Notes: a model not told the origin generated them from the letters alone. Counted from the stretch's first letter, positions 1 through 10,156 are shown. The stretch is DNA of 64,000 nt from Candidatus Woesearchaeota archaeon (GCA_964581415.1 CAZOOJ010000001.1:36096-100095); one strand, 5' to 3'. A program made the numbers and translations.

Positions 1-615
1 ATTTTTTATTTTTAAGGATTTTTTAAATAAAGGGCAATTCAAGACAAAAGTTTCAAATTCTCCTCCTTCTCCTACTGGATTTACCTTATATTTTGATTTT
101 AGTTCCTTAATCTCATCTATAAATCTATTATCAATTTTTCTTCCAAGCCAGGACTTATCAAAAGGATAGGCAAAAACTCCTGTGAGTATAACTTTAAATT
201 TATTTTTTATTAGTTCCCTTAAATATTCCAATTCATTTCTTTTCCATAATGGAGTTATTGATTTTAAATCCAGTTTTTTACATATATTTTCTATACGGAA
301 CTTTTGATAATTAGATGCTAAAGCACCACTAATTATATTATTAATTTTGTATATTTTCTTTGCTTTTTTAATTGCTTTTTCCAAATCTTCAAGCTCTTTT
401 TCTTTTTCTCCTTTTGTTTTCTGAATTATCAGAGGAAGATTCATGACTTTTGCCTGATGTTTTGTTTTTTCAATTGAAGGAGTATGAAACATATAAGAAT
501 CTGGATTTTCTGAAAAAATTGAGATTAAACAAGTTAATTTATATCTTTTTTTCTTTGCTAAATATGCTGCATAAACAGAATCTTTTCCTCCTGAAAAAAG
601 AACTGCAGATTTCAT
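1..615 (-). CDS. dph6: Diphthine--ammonia ligase (PP-loop ATPase, MJ0570 family), runs off window start
   Basis: Manual translation from ATG at 615: MKSAVLFSGGKDSVYAAY...SYMFH...GALASNYQ...GEEGEFETFVLNCPLF. Confidence 0.9.
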   Translation of the reverse strand, partial: MKSAVLFSGGKDSVYAAYLAKKKRYKLTCLISIFSENPDSYMFHTPSIEKTKHQAKVMNLPLIIQKTKGEKEKELEDLEKAIKKAKKIYKINNIISGALASNYQKFRIENICKKLDLKSITPLWKRNELEYLRELIKNKFKVILTGVFAYPFDKSWLGRKIDNRFIDEIKELKSKYKVNPVGEGGEFETFVLNCPLFKKSLKIKN

Positions 616-687
616 AAGTTTAATAATGAAGAAGAAGTTTTTAAAATAGATTATCTGAGAAAATTTGAATAATTTTGATATATTTCC

Positions 688-1491
688 TTATTCTTTTTCA
701 TTTTCTTCCTCTAATTCAGAAAAAATAGAGGAATTGTGCTTTAAATATTCTTTTTTAAGCCATATATTAATTTCATCAAAAGGTTTTTCCTGTTCGAGCC
801 ATATTTTTTGTTGACTTTCTAAGTGCAAGAGAGGAACAAAAGATATTAACCTTTCATTTTTGTCTTTTCCTATAAACTCTGTATAGGAAATTCTTTTATA
901 TTCATTTTCTCTGAAATATTTAGATAATTTCTCATAAATCTCTTTTATTCTATTTTTTATATTAAATCTTTTTTCTGATAAAACAATATTTGTCTCTCTC
1001 AATGCATTTTTATTAATCATCACTTTTTGAATTCTTCTATTTTCTGTTGTTATTGCTCTATTAAGTGATTCAATAAGCTCTTTCAGAGTAACTTTTTTGA
1101 ATCTTGGCATAGGACTTTTTGGAATAAGTTCTGGAATTTCTTCGTTTGATTCTATTCTTTCCAAAGAGTATTTTTTCTTTTCTTCTTTTCCAAAAAGAAT
1201 TTCATCAATGCTCTTTAAATGTTTGTTTAAAAGAATTTCAGATTTTATTCTTAAAAGAAAAGAAGCTGCTAGAAGAACTTTGCTTGAAACAAAGAAATCT
1301 GCTTCTTCAAAATCAGAAATTTTTTCAAGATATTTATCAGATAAGATGATAATATCAACATTCCAAGGATCTAATTGTTCAGTATTTATTAAATCATAAA
1401 TTATATCTTTCCATCCAGTCTCTTTACTAAAAAGCACATTATGAATCTGTTCCTGATTCATATTGATTTTATCAGGCTCTTTTTCTTCCAT
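688..1491 (-). CDS. scpA: Segregation and condensation protein A (kleisin)
   Basis: LDPWNVDIIILSDKYL, VLLAASFLLRIKSE, C-terminal FVPLLHLE..KIWLEQEKPFDEI; likely start MEEKEP at 1491. Confidence 0.88.
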   Translation of the reverse strand: MEEKEPDKINMNQEQIHNVLFSKETGWKDIIYDLINTEQLDPWNVDIIILSDKYLEKISDFEEADFFVSSKVLLAASFLLRIKSEILLNKHLKSIDEILFGKEEKKKYSLERIESNEEIPELIPKSPMPRFKKVTLKELIESLNRAITTENRRIQKVMINKNALRETNIVLSEKRFNIKNRIKEIYEKLSKYFRENEYKRISYTEFIGKDKNERLISFVPLLHLESQQKIWLEQEKPFDEINIWLKKEYLKHNSSIFSELEEENEKE

Positions 1492-1594
1492 AAACTTTAA
1501 AAGAATAGTTCTTTTATAAATATAACAATAATTAACTTTTGACAATTACTACTTTAGACTCGATATCTCTTGTCATTTTTTAAGAGTAACAAAA

Positions 1595-1610
1595 CCGAAA
1601 GGTTTAAATA
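1595..1610 (+). promoter_or_regulatory. Strong archaeal BRE-TATA promoter
   Basis: CCGAAAGGTTTAAATA matches BRE + TATA consensus; no ORF follows directly, a hairpin does. Confidence 0.55.
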
Positions 1611-1631
1611 ATGCTATGAGTTCTATTTATT

Positions 1632-1700
1632 ATCACCTCTTTTTCCCCAGGAGAAGCTTCAAGCTTACTGTTTTGTTGGCTTGGAGAATCTCCCAGGGTT
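1632..1700 (+). ncRNA. Candidate small structured RNA
   Basis: Long hairpin CCC-GGAGA-CTTCAAGC / GCTTGGAG-TCTCC-GGG starting about 25 nt after a TATA box. Confidence 0.35.
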
Positions 1701-2035
1701 ATATTAATTACTTAAAAAACTAGGAAATAATATTCATAATCTATAGATTACCAAAAATGGAGGAGAGAACTTAATTGACACTGCTCCTAGGTTTTATAAT
1801 CAAACTCAAAAAAAGAGAAAATTGCGGGCTTAATAAATTATTTTTATTAGATTAATTTGCCCTAGTTATATTTACAATACATCTTTAAATTTTATGTTTC
1901 TAACATAAAAAATTCATATTTATTAATTCTTCCTTGCATTTTTTCATATTTTACAAAAGCAAAATTTATAAAAACTTCAAAAGGATTACATATTTACATT
2001 CCTTGAGAGATAGTTGAAAGGAGGTTAAAATAGAA

Positions 2036-3331
2036 ATGATATATAAACAATATAAATTAATGACTTTTGTTATTATATCTTCTGTACTTCTTTTAACAGT
2101 TTTCATAAATGCTCAGAGCAATATTGAAAATACTCCAGAATCTTATTATATACATTCTGGCAGTTTCTTGATAAAAGGATTAGTTGAAGTAAGACATGAT
2201 TTTGGAAATGTTTTTTCAGCAGATCTTTCTAAAGGGCAGTTAAGAGCTATTCAAGTAATGGGAATAAAAACAGAACCAGTTGGAATATTTACTATTGTCG
2301 GGGTTGGTGACCCTTGCAGAAATGATAAAGAATGTGATGTAGGAGAGTATTGCGATAAAACTAATGCTGTTAGAGGTATGGGTGAATGTGCTCTGATAGA
2401 TGATGGGGATGGTGAAGAAGAAGAACCGGCTCCAGAACCTACGAGAGAATGTTATCCAGGAGACCAAATACCATGGGGAATTGAAAGAGTTTATGGTAAT
2501 TCTGATATAACCAGTACATCAGGTGGAGATGGTATAAATGTCGCTGTTCTTGATACAGGAGTTATGCAATCTCATTTGGATTTAAAAGATAGAATTGTTG
2601 CATGTGAAACAACTGTGACAAGATTTCCCCCTGACCGCAGTAATTGTGAAGATGGACACGGACATGGAACACATGTTGCAGGAACAATTCTTGCTGATGC
2701 AGGAGCAGATGAAAAAGGAATTTATGGAGTTGCATCAGAAGCAGATTTAATTGCAGTAAAAGTTTGTAACAGAAGAGGAGAATGTTATGGAGACGACATT
2801 GCAGCAGGTATAGATTATGCAACAACAAATAATGCAAATATAATTTCTATGAGTTTAGGAGGAAGTTCTCTAGATTCACAGATAAAAGATGCTGTTGATA
2901 GAGCAGTTGAAGCAGGAGTTTTAGTTATTGCTGCAGCAGGAAATTCTGGTCCTAATTTAGATACTATAAATTATCCAGGAGGATTTGCAAATGTAGTTTC
3001 AGTAGCTGCAACAGATAGTAATGACGAAGTTCCTGATTTTTCTTCAAGAGGAATTAATGCTGATGAATTTAAAGAGGCAGATAGATATTTAGAAGTTGCT
3101 GCACCAGGAATAAGTATATTATCAACATGGAATGATGGATGTTATAATACTATATCTGGAACAAGTATGGCTACACCACATATAAGTGGATTAGCTGCAA
3201 AATTATGGCAAGGTAATGCAGCAGATACAAGAACATATTTACAAAGCGTGGCAGAAGACATAACACAAGGACAAGATGCTGGAGAAGGATACGACCCTGC
3301 ATCTGGATTTGGATTGCCAATAGTTGCTTAA
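2036..3331 (+). CDS. Secreted subtilisin-like S8 serine protease
   Basis: Signal peptide; triad motifs VLDTG, HGTHVAG, GTSMATPH; SD AAAGGAGG upstream. Confidence 0.95.
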   Translation: MIYKQYKLMTFVIISSVLLLTVFINAQSNIENTPESYYIHSGSFLIKGLVEVRHDFGNVFSADLSKGQLRAIQVMGIKTEPVGIFTIVGVGDPCRNDKECDVGEYCDKTNAVRGMGECALIDDGDGEEEEPAPEPTRECYPGDQIPWGIERVYGNSDITSTSGGDGINVAVLDTGVMQSHLDLKDRIVACETTVTRFPPDRSNCEDGHGHGTHVAGTILADAGADEKGIYGVASEADLIAVKVCNRRGECYGDDIAAGIDYATTNNANIISMSLGGSSLDSQIKDAVDRAVEAGVLVIAAAGNSGPNLDTINYPGGFANVVSVAATDSNDEVPDFSSRGINADEFKEADRYLEVAAPGISILSTWNDGCYNTISGTSMATPHISGLAAKLWQGNAADTRTYLQSVAEDITQGQDAGEGYDPASGFGLPIVA

Positions 3332-3401
3332 TTTTTTCTTTTTCTTTCTTTTTTTCTTTTATTACATAAGGTTTACTTCTATTTTATTCTTAATTAAAAT
3401 T

Positions 3402-4595
3402 TTATTCATCTTCTTCAACATCCTTCCTTTTACTTAATGATAATCTATAATCCTGAATTATATCAACCATCTTTTTCAAATCCTTATCAATATTTCCACT
3501 AACAACTTTACTATTTAATCTTGGATAACAAACCATAGAAAGCTCTTCATACAATCCTTTGTCTTTCATTAACTGGATAAACTTTTCTTTATTCTCTCCT
3601 TCTGGAAGAACGATTTTATCAAATTCTTTAATAGAACATTTTTTATTTGAACCATAGACAATATCTACACCAAACTGCTTAGCATATGCAATTAACTTTT
3701 CTCTAAATTCTTCTTCAGCTTTTTTCAGTTCTGCCTGTTTGGTTTTAATCTCAGAAAACTCATCAACTAATTTAACTCCCTCATCTTCTTTAAACTTTTT
3801 AACATCTTCAATCTTCTTTAATTCAATTTCGTGTTTGAATGAGGGACACATTTCCTTGTAAACACAATAATCACATAATGCAGATTGTTTTCTTGGAAAT
3901 TCTTTTGCATTTTCAATTTCTTTAATTATATCACAAACTTCTTGCTGTAATTTTTCTAATTGTTCTTCAGTTCTTTCTGAAACAGCATCTTTGTTAAAAG
4001 CTAACATATGCCATATTAGTTTTACAGATTTTGCATCAGGAAATTTGTCCTTAACCCAAATAGAATAAAGAGCAAGTTGTCTGTCCTCATCAGCTTCTTC
4101 TTGGTCTTTCATCCTTGAATTTGTTTTATAATCACAGACATAATAATTTCCTTTGTCATCACAAGCCAATTTATCTATTCTTACATGCCACTGGTTGCCA
4201 TCAGGTAAAGTCATTTTATCCTGTGTTTCTAATCCTAAAATTGTAAGCTGGTCAAATGGTTTCATTCTCTCATAATAATGAGTAATAAATTTCTCTCCCA
4301 TTTTCTTATAATTATTTGCAGTTAGCTTTTCTTTCTCTGCCTTAACAATCAGAATATCATCAGAATAGTTTTTATCCCATAAATCTCTATAGAATTTAAT
4401 CAGCACATTCAGAGCAACTCTTTTATTAAACTTCTTTAGTTTATACAAATGTTCTAAAGTCTGATGTACCATGTCTCCCATAAAAGCTTCAATTGTAGTA
4501 GGAATATCTACTTTTACTTTGTCTATGTATTTCAGCTTATATTGGTAAGGGCAATTTTCATAAGTTGACACTCTTGAATGTGAATATGTTGCCAT
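3402..4595 (-). CDS. PD-(D/E)XK nuclease, RecB/AddB/Cas4-like
   Basis: YSHSRV..YENCPYQY, RIDKL..VCDYKT, QLALY, CDYCVYKEMCP. Confidence 0.85.
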   Translation of the reverse strand: MATYSHSRVSTYENCPYQYKLKYIDKVKVDIPTTIEAFMGDMVHQTLEHLYKLKKFNKRVALNVLIKFYRDLWDKNYSDDILIVKAEKEKLTANNYKKMGEKFITHYYERMKPFDQLTILGLETQDKMTLPDGNQWHVRIDKLACDDKGNYYVCDYKTNSRMKDQEEADEDRQLALYSIWVKDKFPDAKSVKLIWHMLAFNKDAVSERTEEQLEKLQQEVCDIIKEIENAKEFPRKQSALCDYCVYKEMCPSFKHEIELKKIEDVKKFKEDEGVKLVDEFSEIKTKQAELKKAEEEFREKLIAYAKQFGVDIVYGSNKKCSIKEFDKIVLPEGENKEKFIQLMKDKGLYEELSMVCYPRLNSKVVSGNIDKDLKKMVDIIQDYRLSLSKRKDVEEDE

Positions 4596-4688
4596 CTTAT
4601 TATTACGTGTAAATGAAGTGATTTAAGGTTTTCTATTGGGGGAATTATTTAATATGAAATTCCACTGGTTTTTTACAGTAGTGGTTTT

Positions 4689-4877
4689 TTATTCACTTCT
4701 TTCTCCATAAAGTTCTTTGTAGGTTTCCTCTTTAACAGTTTGAATATGCGGAGCTGAATAAATTATTCCATGTTTTCTACGCCATTCTTTACAACCAAGA
4801 TTATTTATTAAACAATTTGAAAATATTTTTTTTTCTTCTTTTCCTAATTCCTTAATTTTTTCATCTATATTTTTCAT
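4689..4877 (-). CDS. Small hypothetical protein
   Basis: 62-aa ORF, plausible composition, no motif recognised. Confidence 0.35.
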   Translation of the reverse strand: MKNIDEKIKELGKEEKKIFSNCLINNLGCKEWRRKHGIIYSAPHIQTVKEETYKELYGERSE

Positions 4878-5245
4878 TTGTTTTTTTCCTTTGTTTGTTT
4901 GTGATTATGAACTCCCTTTGTAAGAGTTTCATTTCTTTTTCGCCTCTCGTTTGACTGCCTCTTTGAGCAGACTATAGCCATAACTCTGAATTTGTGAAGA
5001 ATTAATTATTCCTTTCATTACCATTATTAAATCAAATAAAAGCTCTTTATAAAAATTATTACATCCTAAGAGATATATATAAGATGGTTTTTACATCAAA
5101 TTTTTAAACTAATTCTATAAAATAATTTAATATATTTAACTTTTTTAATAATTTTTTTATAGAATTTTATTAATTTGATAAAATCAAGTAATTATTCGTT
5201 AATTATTTAAAATGAATTCTATTAAAAGGAATAAAAAGAGGAAAG

Positions 5246-6190
5246 ATGATAATAATAAATTTTATTTTATTTTTAGTATTTTTAGCAATATTAATCAAAT
5301 GTGCAGCATATGCTATTAAATATTCTTCAAATGTATCAAGAGCTCTAGGACTTCCTGAATTTATAGTAAGTTTTTTTATAGTAGCTTTGATCTCAGTACT
5401 TCCAGAACTAATGATTTCAATAGTGTCTGCTATTCAAGGAAATCCTGAATTAGGTTTTGGAACTCTATTGGGTTCAAATATAGCAGATTTAACTCTAATC
5501 TTTGGAATAGTTGCATTATTCTCTTATAAAGGCATAAAAGTTAAGAGTAAAGTTTTAGAAAATCATTTTTATTATCTTATTTTATTATTGTTTCCTCTAA
5601 TTCTTGGTTTTGATGGAAGATTCTCAAGAGTAGATGGTATAATATTAATTTTGTTAGGTTTATTCTTTCTCGGAAAAATATATCTTGATAGAAACAGATT
5701 TCATAAAAAATCAAATAAAAGAAGAAAACCTTTTCTTAAAAGCTTATTATTATTAATTTTAAGTGTAGGAATAATATTATTTAGTGCATTTCTAACTGTA
5801 AAATTTGCTGTAAATTTTGCATACGATATAAAATTATCAACTGTTTTTATTGGATTAACAATCCTTGCTTTAGGAACCTGCCTACCAGAATTAATTTTTT
5901 CTATAAAAGCTATAAGAAAAAAACATTATGATTTAGCAATAGGAGATATACTTGGAAATGTGCTTATTGATACTACAATAGTGTTAGGATTAGTTGCATT
6001 AATCTCTCCATTTAGTTATAATCCTTATAATATCTATATAATGGGAACCGCATTATTCCTTTCTGGAATTTTCGTAACAATATTTATGAAAACAGGAAAG
6101 TCAATAAATAAGCTTGAAGGAATTTTTTTAATACTCTTCTATATTCTTTTTGTTTTTGCTGAATTTTTCCTAAACAATCTTCTAAATTAA
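5246..6190 (+). CDS. Na+/Ca2+ exchanger family (YrbG-like) antiporter
   Basis: About 10 TM segments; alpha repeats SVLPEL..GTLLGSNIAD and GTCLPEL..GDILGNV. Confidence 0.92.
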   Translation: MIIINFILFLVFLAILIKCAAYAIKYSSNVSRALGLPEFIVSFFIVALISVLPELMISIVSAIQGNPELGFGTLLGSNIADLTLIFGIVALFSYKGIKVKSKVLENHFYYLILLLFPLILGFDGRFSRVDGIILILLGLFFLGKIYLDRNRFHKKSNKRRKPFLKSLLLLILSVGIILFSAFLTVKFAVNFAYDIKLSTVFIGLTILALGTCLPELIFSIKAIRKKHYDLAIGDILGNVLIDTTIVLGLVALISPFSYNPYNIYIMGTALFLSGIFVTIFMKTGKSINKLEGIFLILFYILFVFAEFFLNNLLN

Positions 6191-6193
6191 ATC

Positions 6194-7345
6194 TCATAAA
6201 AATTTTTCTTTGTATAAATTCCATGTTCTGATAAACTCTGCATGAGGCCATGCTAAGGGCAAAACAGAATAAGCTAAACCTTTTTTGTACATTTCTGATT
6301 TTCTTACATTTTTTAGCATAATTTCTCTATCTTTTCTCATTATTCCTGCTTTTTTATATATTCTAACCCATCTCTCAAAGTCTTTTTTTGTTGCGATATG
6401 CTCAGGTAGTTCGGATTTATAGGAGATGTCCAAAATCCATCTTAGATATTTTTCAGCTTGTTTTTTTCTTTTCGCTCTAATGAAATATTTGCAAACCATC
6501 AGAGTAAAATGAGGCCAAGGTCCCCATCCTCCATTATTTCTTCCAATATGTCTCTTATATCTGCATATTCCTCCAAGTTTAGGATGCCATAATTCTTTTT
6601 CTATATTTTTTATAGTTGCTCTGATTTTTTTATTGTTATTTTTAAGAACTCCAAATTCAGCAATTGCATAAGCAGAAACATCAGGCTCTTTAGCAACTGA
6701 AGATGATTCTTTAATTCGAATAGTTTTAATAAAATATTCTCCATTCCAAAAATATTTTAATATATCTTTTTTTATTTTATTTATTTTAATTTTTGATTTA
6801 ATTCCTATCTCTTCAAGTTCTTTCAGAGCACCATAACACACTGAATTTGCCCAAATCTCAAGCCCTTCTTCAAAAGGAGGAAATTCATGAATACTGTTCG
6901 GAGTAAAAAATAAATTTTTCTTATCATTTAATTGTGAAAGAATATAATTTATTGATTTTTTTATTCTGCTCTTTTGTTGTTTTAAAAAGATTTCATCTTT
7001 GTTTTTCTGAATATATTTTGCAAAAGCATAAAGCACTAAACCAGTATTATCTAATTGAATTGGTTTATAACTTGCATCTTCACCTTTACGAGTAAGTCTC
7101 TGAGGAAAACTTCCATCTTTATTCTGAGATTTTAAAATAAATTTCAGGGCTCTTTTTGCTTTTTCTTTATAATCTAATTCAATCAATGCGAGTATGCAGA
7201 TAGAATGATCTCTTGGATAAATATAAGGATATCTTCCTTTAGGTGAAGAAGCTAATATTGCACCACTTTTTAATTGAAATTTTTTCAGAATTTCTATGCT
7301 TTTTGCATATATTTTTTCAGCTTTTTCAATTTCTTCTTTTTCCAT
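6194..7345 (-). CDS. Glycoside hydrolase family 15 (glucoamylase-like)
   Basis: GAILAS..YPYIYPRD, QLDNTG, GGICRY, ELPEH, PLAWPHAEF. Confidence 0.85.
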   Translation of the reverse strand: MEKEEIEKAEKIYAKSIEILKKFQLKSGAILASSPKGRYPYIYPRDHSICILALIELDYKEKAKRALKFILKSQNKDGSFPQRLTRKGEDASYKPIQLDNTGLVLYAFAKYIQKNKDEIFLKQQKSRIKKSINYILSQLNDKKNLFFTPNSIHEFPPFEEGLEIWANSVCYGALKELEEIGIKSKIKINKIKKDILKYFWNGEYFIKTIRIKESSSVAKEPDVSAYAIAEFGVLKNNNKKIRATIKNIEKELWHPKLGGICRYKRHIGRNNGGWGPWPHFTLMVCKYFIRAKRKKQAEKYLRWILDISYKSELPEHIATKKDFERWVRIYKKAGIMRKDREIMLKNVRKSEMYKKGLAYSVLPLAWPHAEFIRTWNLYKEKFL

Positions 7346-7346
7346 T

Positions 7347-8081
7347 TTATTTAAACTTTTTTAAAACTATTTTATTTAATTCTTCAGGTCCTTTAACTAA
7401 AAAAGATTTGTCTGTAGATTTAAATAAAGGAAAATCATTTTTTGAATCCCCAAAAGAAAATGTCTTTATTTTTTTATTCTGTTTTTTAAACATTCTTATT
7501 AAAATTTTAGCAGCTTTTCCTTTGTCATTATCTCCTAAAAGATGGAAATAATTTCCTCCTTCAGTATAATTGAAACCTCTTCTTTTAATTTCTTTTACTA
7601 TTTTGTTTTTATCTTTTTTATTTTCTATTTTAAAAACCACATCGTATTCTCTTTTTTTTGCAAGTTTTGCTTCTTTTAAACTCAAACCTATCTGATTTGA
7701 AATTTCTTTAGCAGACATTTTATAAAAAGAAGTGACTTTAAATTTTTTATTGATATTTTTCATAATTTTAACTAATTTTTTATATGGAGTTCCTAATTCA
7801 ATTATAGAATAATTATCTCTTTTCTTTGATTTGAATTTAAAATCAAAATAATCTTTAGGAATAAAAATTGCTCCTCCATTTTCTGAAATAAAAGGTTCTT
7901 TATTTTTCATTTTTTTTCTATAGACTTCTATTTCTGCTCTGGTTTTGCTTGAGATTAATATTAAAGGAATTTTTTTATTTTTAAGAAGTTCTATTGCTTT
8001 TTTAGATTTTAAAAAGCTATAATTTTTATCAATGAGTGTTCCGTCTAAATCGCTGAATATCACCTCTTTAATTTTTTCCAT
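7347..8081 (-). CDS. mpgP: Mannosyl-3-phosphoglycerate phosphatase-like HAD IIB hydrolase
   Basis: FSDLDGTL, SSKTRAEI, FISENGGAI, KREY, DKGKA, GDSKND. Confidence 0.85.
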   Translation of the reverse strand: MEKIKEVIFSDLDGTLIDKNYSFLKSKKAIELLKNKKIPLILISSKTRAEIEVYRKKMKNKEPFISENGGAIFIPKDYFDFKFKSKKRDNYSIIELGTPYKKLVKIMKNINKKFKVTSFYKMSAKEISNQIGLSLKEAKLAKKREYDVVFKIENKKDKNKIVKEIKRRGFNYTEGGNYFHLLGDNDKGKAAKILIRMFKKQNKKIKTFSFGDSKNDFPLFKSTDKSFLVKGPEELNKIVLKKFK

Positions 8082-8126
8082 ATTAAAACTTAGAAATCTT
8101 TATTTTAATAATTTTCTGAATTGAAA

Positions 8127-8366
8127 TTATTCTTTAGAAGATGCTTCTTCATTTTTTTTGCCTTCAAATTCACTGTAATGACATTTTCCGCAATAAGCTC
8201 TTCCTTGAGAAACATTTAGAAATACTCCTGGTCCGCATCTCGGACAGGTTCTAGCTCTTGTAATTTTATCACCTTCTATTTTATACTTAGAATATTTTTT
8301 TCCAGTAGGCTTGTTTTTATGAGGCTTTTTTCCTTTCTTTTTTGATTTAGCTTTTTTCTTTCCCAT
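8127..8366 (-). CDS. rps27ae: 30S ribosomal protein S27ae (eS31)
   Basis: CPRCGPGVFL...YCGKCHY zinc ribbon; follows S24e. Confidence 0.95.
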   Translation of the reverse strand: MGKKKAKSKKKGKKPHKNKPTGKKYSKYKIEGDKITRARTCPRCGPGVFLNVSQGRAYCGKCHYSEFEGKKNEEASSKE

Positions 8367-8368
8367 TT

Positions 8369-8824
8369 TTATTCTTTAGATTGCTCGCTCGCAGGCTCGC
8401 TCGATTTATCAGAATTTATTAATGAGGAATCTTCTTTAATTTTTTCTTTATCTGAAGATTCAGATTCATTAATAAGATTATTATTTCCTTCGGATTTTTC
8501 TTCTTGTTCTTTTTGAGGAGATTCTTGAACTTTTTCTTCTTCTAAAGCTTTCTTTTCTTCTTCAATTTCTTTTTTCTTCTTAATTTCTATCTTGTCCTTA
8601 TCTTCTTTTGAAGGATATATCTTTGCAATAACTGAAAAATCTTTTCTTCCAAATTTTCCTTTAATTGTCTTTATTTTTATACATTCTGGCTGAACTGAAA
8701 ATTTTTTGGATACTATATCTTTAATCTCTTTACGACTCGGAGTAATTTCTGCTTTAATTTCTCCTTTTATTTCCCTTCTTTTAAATAAAGGATTTTCTTT
8801 ATCTTCGATTATTTTAAATTCCAT
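8369..8824 (-). CDS. rps24e: 30S ribosomal protein S24e with acidic C-terminal extension
   Basis: NPLFKRREI, TPSRKEI, KGKFG; synteny. Confidence 0.92.
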   Translation of the reverse strand: MEFKIIEDKENPLFKRREIKGEIKAEITPSRKEIKDIVSKKFSVQPECIKIKTIKGKFGRKDFSVIAKIYPSKEDKDKIEIKKKKEIEEEKKALEEEKVQESPQKEQEEKSEGNNNLINESESSDKEKIKEDSSLINSDKSSEPASEQSKE

Positions 8825-8829
8825 TAGAA

Positions 8830-9021
8830 TTACCTGGTTTTAATTGCAAAGCTTCCTTTTTCATTTATTTTTAATTTTTTAGCAATTTCAGATTTTTCAG
8901 GATTAGATACAATTATTCTTCCCTTAAAACTTTCTGTTGATTCTTTAGAACCACAATTAGGACATTTCTCTCCTTCATAGATTCTGCCGCAATTTTTACA
9001 TGCTTTTGCTTTTGGTGTCAT
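8830..9021 (-). CDS. spt4: Transcription elongation factor Spt4 (RpoE'')
   Basis: KACKNC..CPNCGS..SEIAKKL..GSFAIK. Confidence 0.95.
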   Translation of the reverse strand: MTPKAKACKNCGRIYEGEKCPNCGSKESTESFKGRIIVSNPEKSEIAKKLKINEKGSFAIKTR

Positions 9022-9108
9022 TTTCTTATTTTTTATTTAATTAATATATGAAACAAATGGACTATGAATTCATTATGTTTATCTTTTTTTCTTTAAAATT
9101 AAATTTAT

Positions 9109-9720
9109 TCATTTCTTTTTACTTCCTGACTTTCCTTTAATAGTTTTTTCTTCAGCTTTTGCTGCTTTTGCTGCAGCTTTTTGTTTTTTTAATTTATCTT
9201 CTTTAATCCATTCTAATTTTCCTAATCCTGGTTGCCTCATAGTTAATCCTATCTTTGGTTCGTCTCCCTTATGACTTATAGCGATTATTCTTGCAAGACA
9301 AAAATCTCCTTGTTTTAGATTTCTTTTTGTTGATTTTCCTAATAAGGAATTTGCTTTACTAAAACTAACATAATCTTCCATTGTTTGTCCAATATGAATC
9401 ATTCCTCTCATAATTCCCATATCAATAAAAGCTCCAAAGTTAGTTATCTCTGAGATTATTCCATAAACTAATTCATGAAGTTCTGGTTTCCAAGTCAATA
9501 ATTTAAATTTTGAATTATAATATGTTGCTCCATCTCCAGGAATTATTATTCCTTCTCCGACTTCTAAAACATTTATTACAGAGATTACTCTTCCAAGTTC
9601 TTTATCATAATAATCACTATAAGTTTCAATTAATTGTCTTTCAACAGACTCTACTGTGGGTAATCCAAAAAATCTTGGAGCTACTCTTACATAATCTTCA
9701 ACTTCTGTTAAATAAAACAT
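9109..9720 (-). CDS. rpo7: RNA polymerase subunit Rpo7 (E')
   Basis: IIPGDGATY, S1 domain FGAFIDMG, KIGLTMRQPGLGKLEW. Confidence 0.96.
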   Translation of the reverse strand: MFYLTEVEDYVRVAPRFFGLPTVESVERQLIETYSDYYDKELGRVISVINVLEVGEGIIIPGDGATYYNSKFKLLTWKPELHELVYGIISEITNFGAFIDMGIMRGMIHIGQTMEDYVSFSKANSLLGKSTKRNLKQGDFCLARIIAISHKGDEPKIGLTMRQPGLGKLEWIKEDKLKKQKAAAKAAKAEEKTIKGKSGSKKK

Positions 9721-9784
9721 TTTATCTGGAAAAAATAATAAGAATTGGTTTAAAAAAGTTGTTATTCAAGATAAAAAGACTTAC

Positions 9785-10156
9785 TTAAATAATTTCTAAC
9801 TTCTTCTTTCCTCTGATAATTAATTTGGGCTTTTTAATTTTCTTTTTTAATTCTCTATCAAGAGTCGCTACAGTTATATTTTCATTTTTATTAGCAAACT
9901 CTGCTATAGCATTATCCAAATTTCTTTTTTCAAATTTTATTTTTTCAAAAGAAGATTTATTTAGAATTTTTAAAGCCAAATCAGCAATCTCTCTATGACG
10001 CTGTTTTTGTCTTGATTTTTTTATCTTTTTTATTTCTCTTATAACATTTTCTGGAATTATAATTTTAAAACCTCTGAGTTTTAATTCTTCAAAAAAATCT
10101 ATTTTTTGCTTTATACAGATTAGAATAAAATTTGTGTCTAATAATATTTTTTTCAT
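9785..10156 (-). CDS. PIN-domain protein (Fcf1/Utp24-like, conserved upstream of rpo7)
   Basis: ILLDTNF, VIREI, LDNAI, VATLDRELK; synteny. Confidence 0.88.
   Translation of the reverse strand: MKKILLDTNFILICIKQKIDFFEELKLRGFKIIIPENVIREIKKIKKSRQKQRHREIADLALKILNKSSFEKIKFEKRNLDNAIAEFANKNENITVATLDRELKKKIKKPKLIIRGKKKLEII

Noticed and set aside
1645..1700. Archaeal SECIS element
   Set aside because: Only partial GAA/A resemblance and no in-frame TGA selenoprotein candidate nearby.
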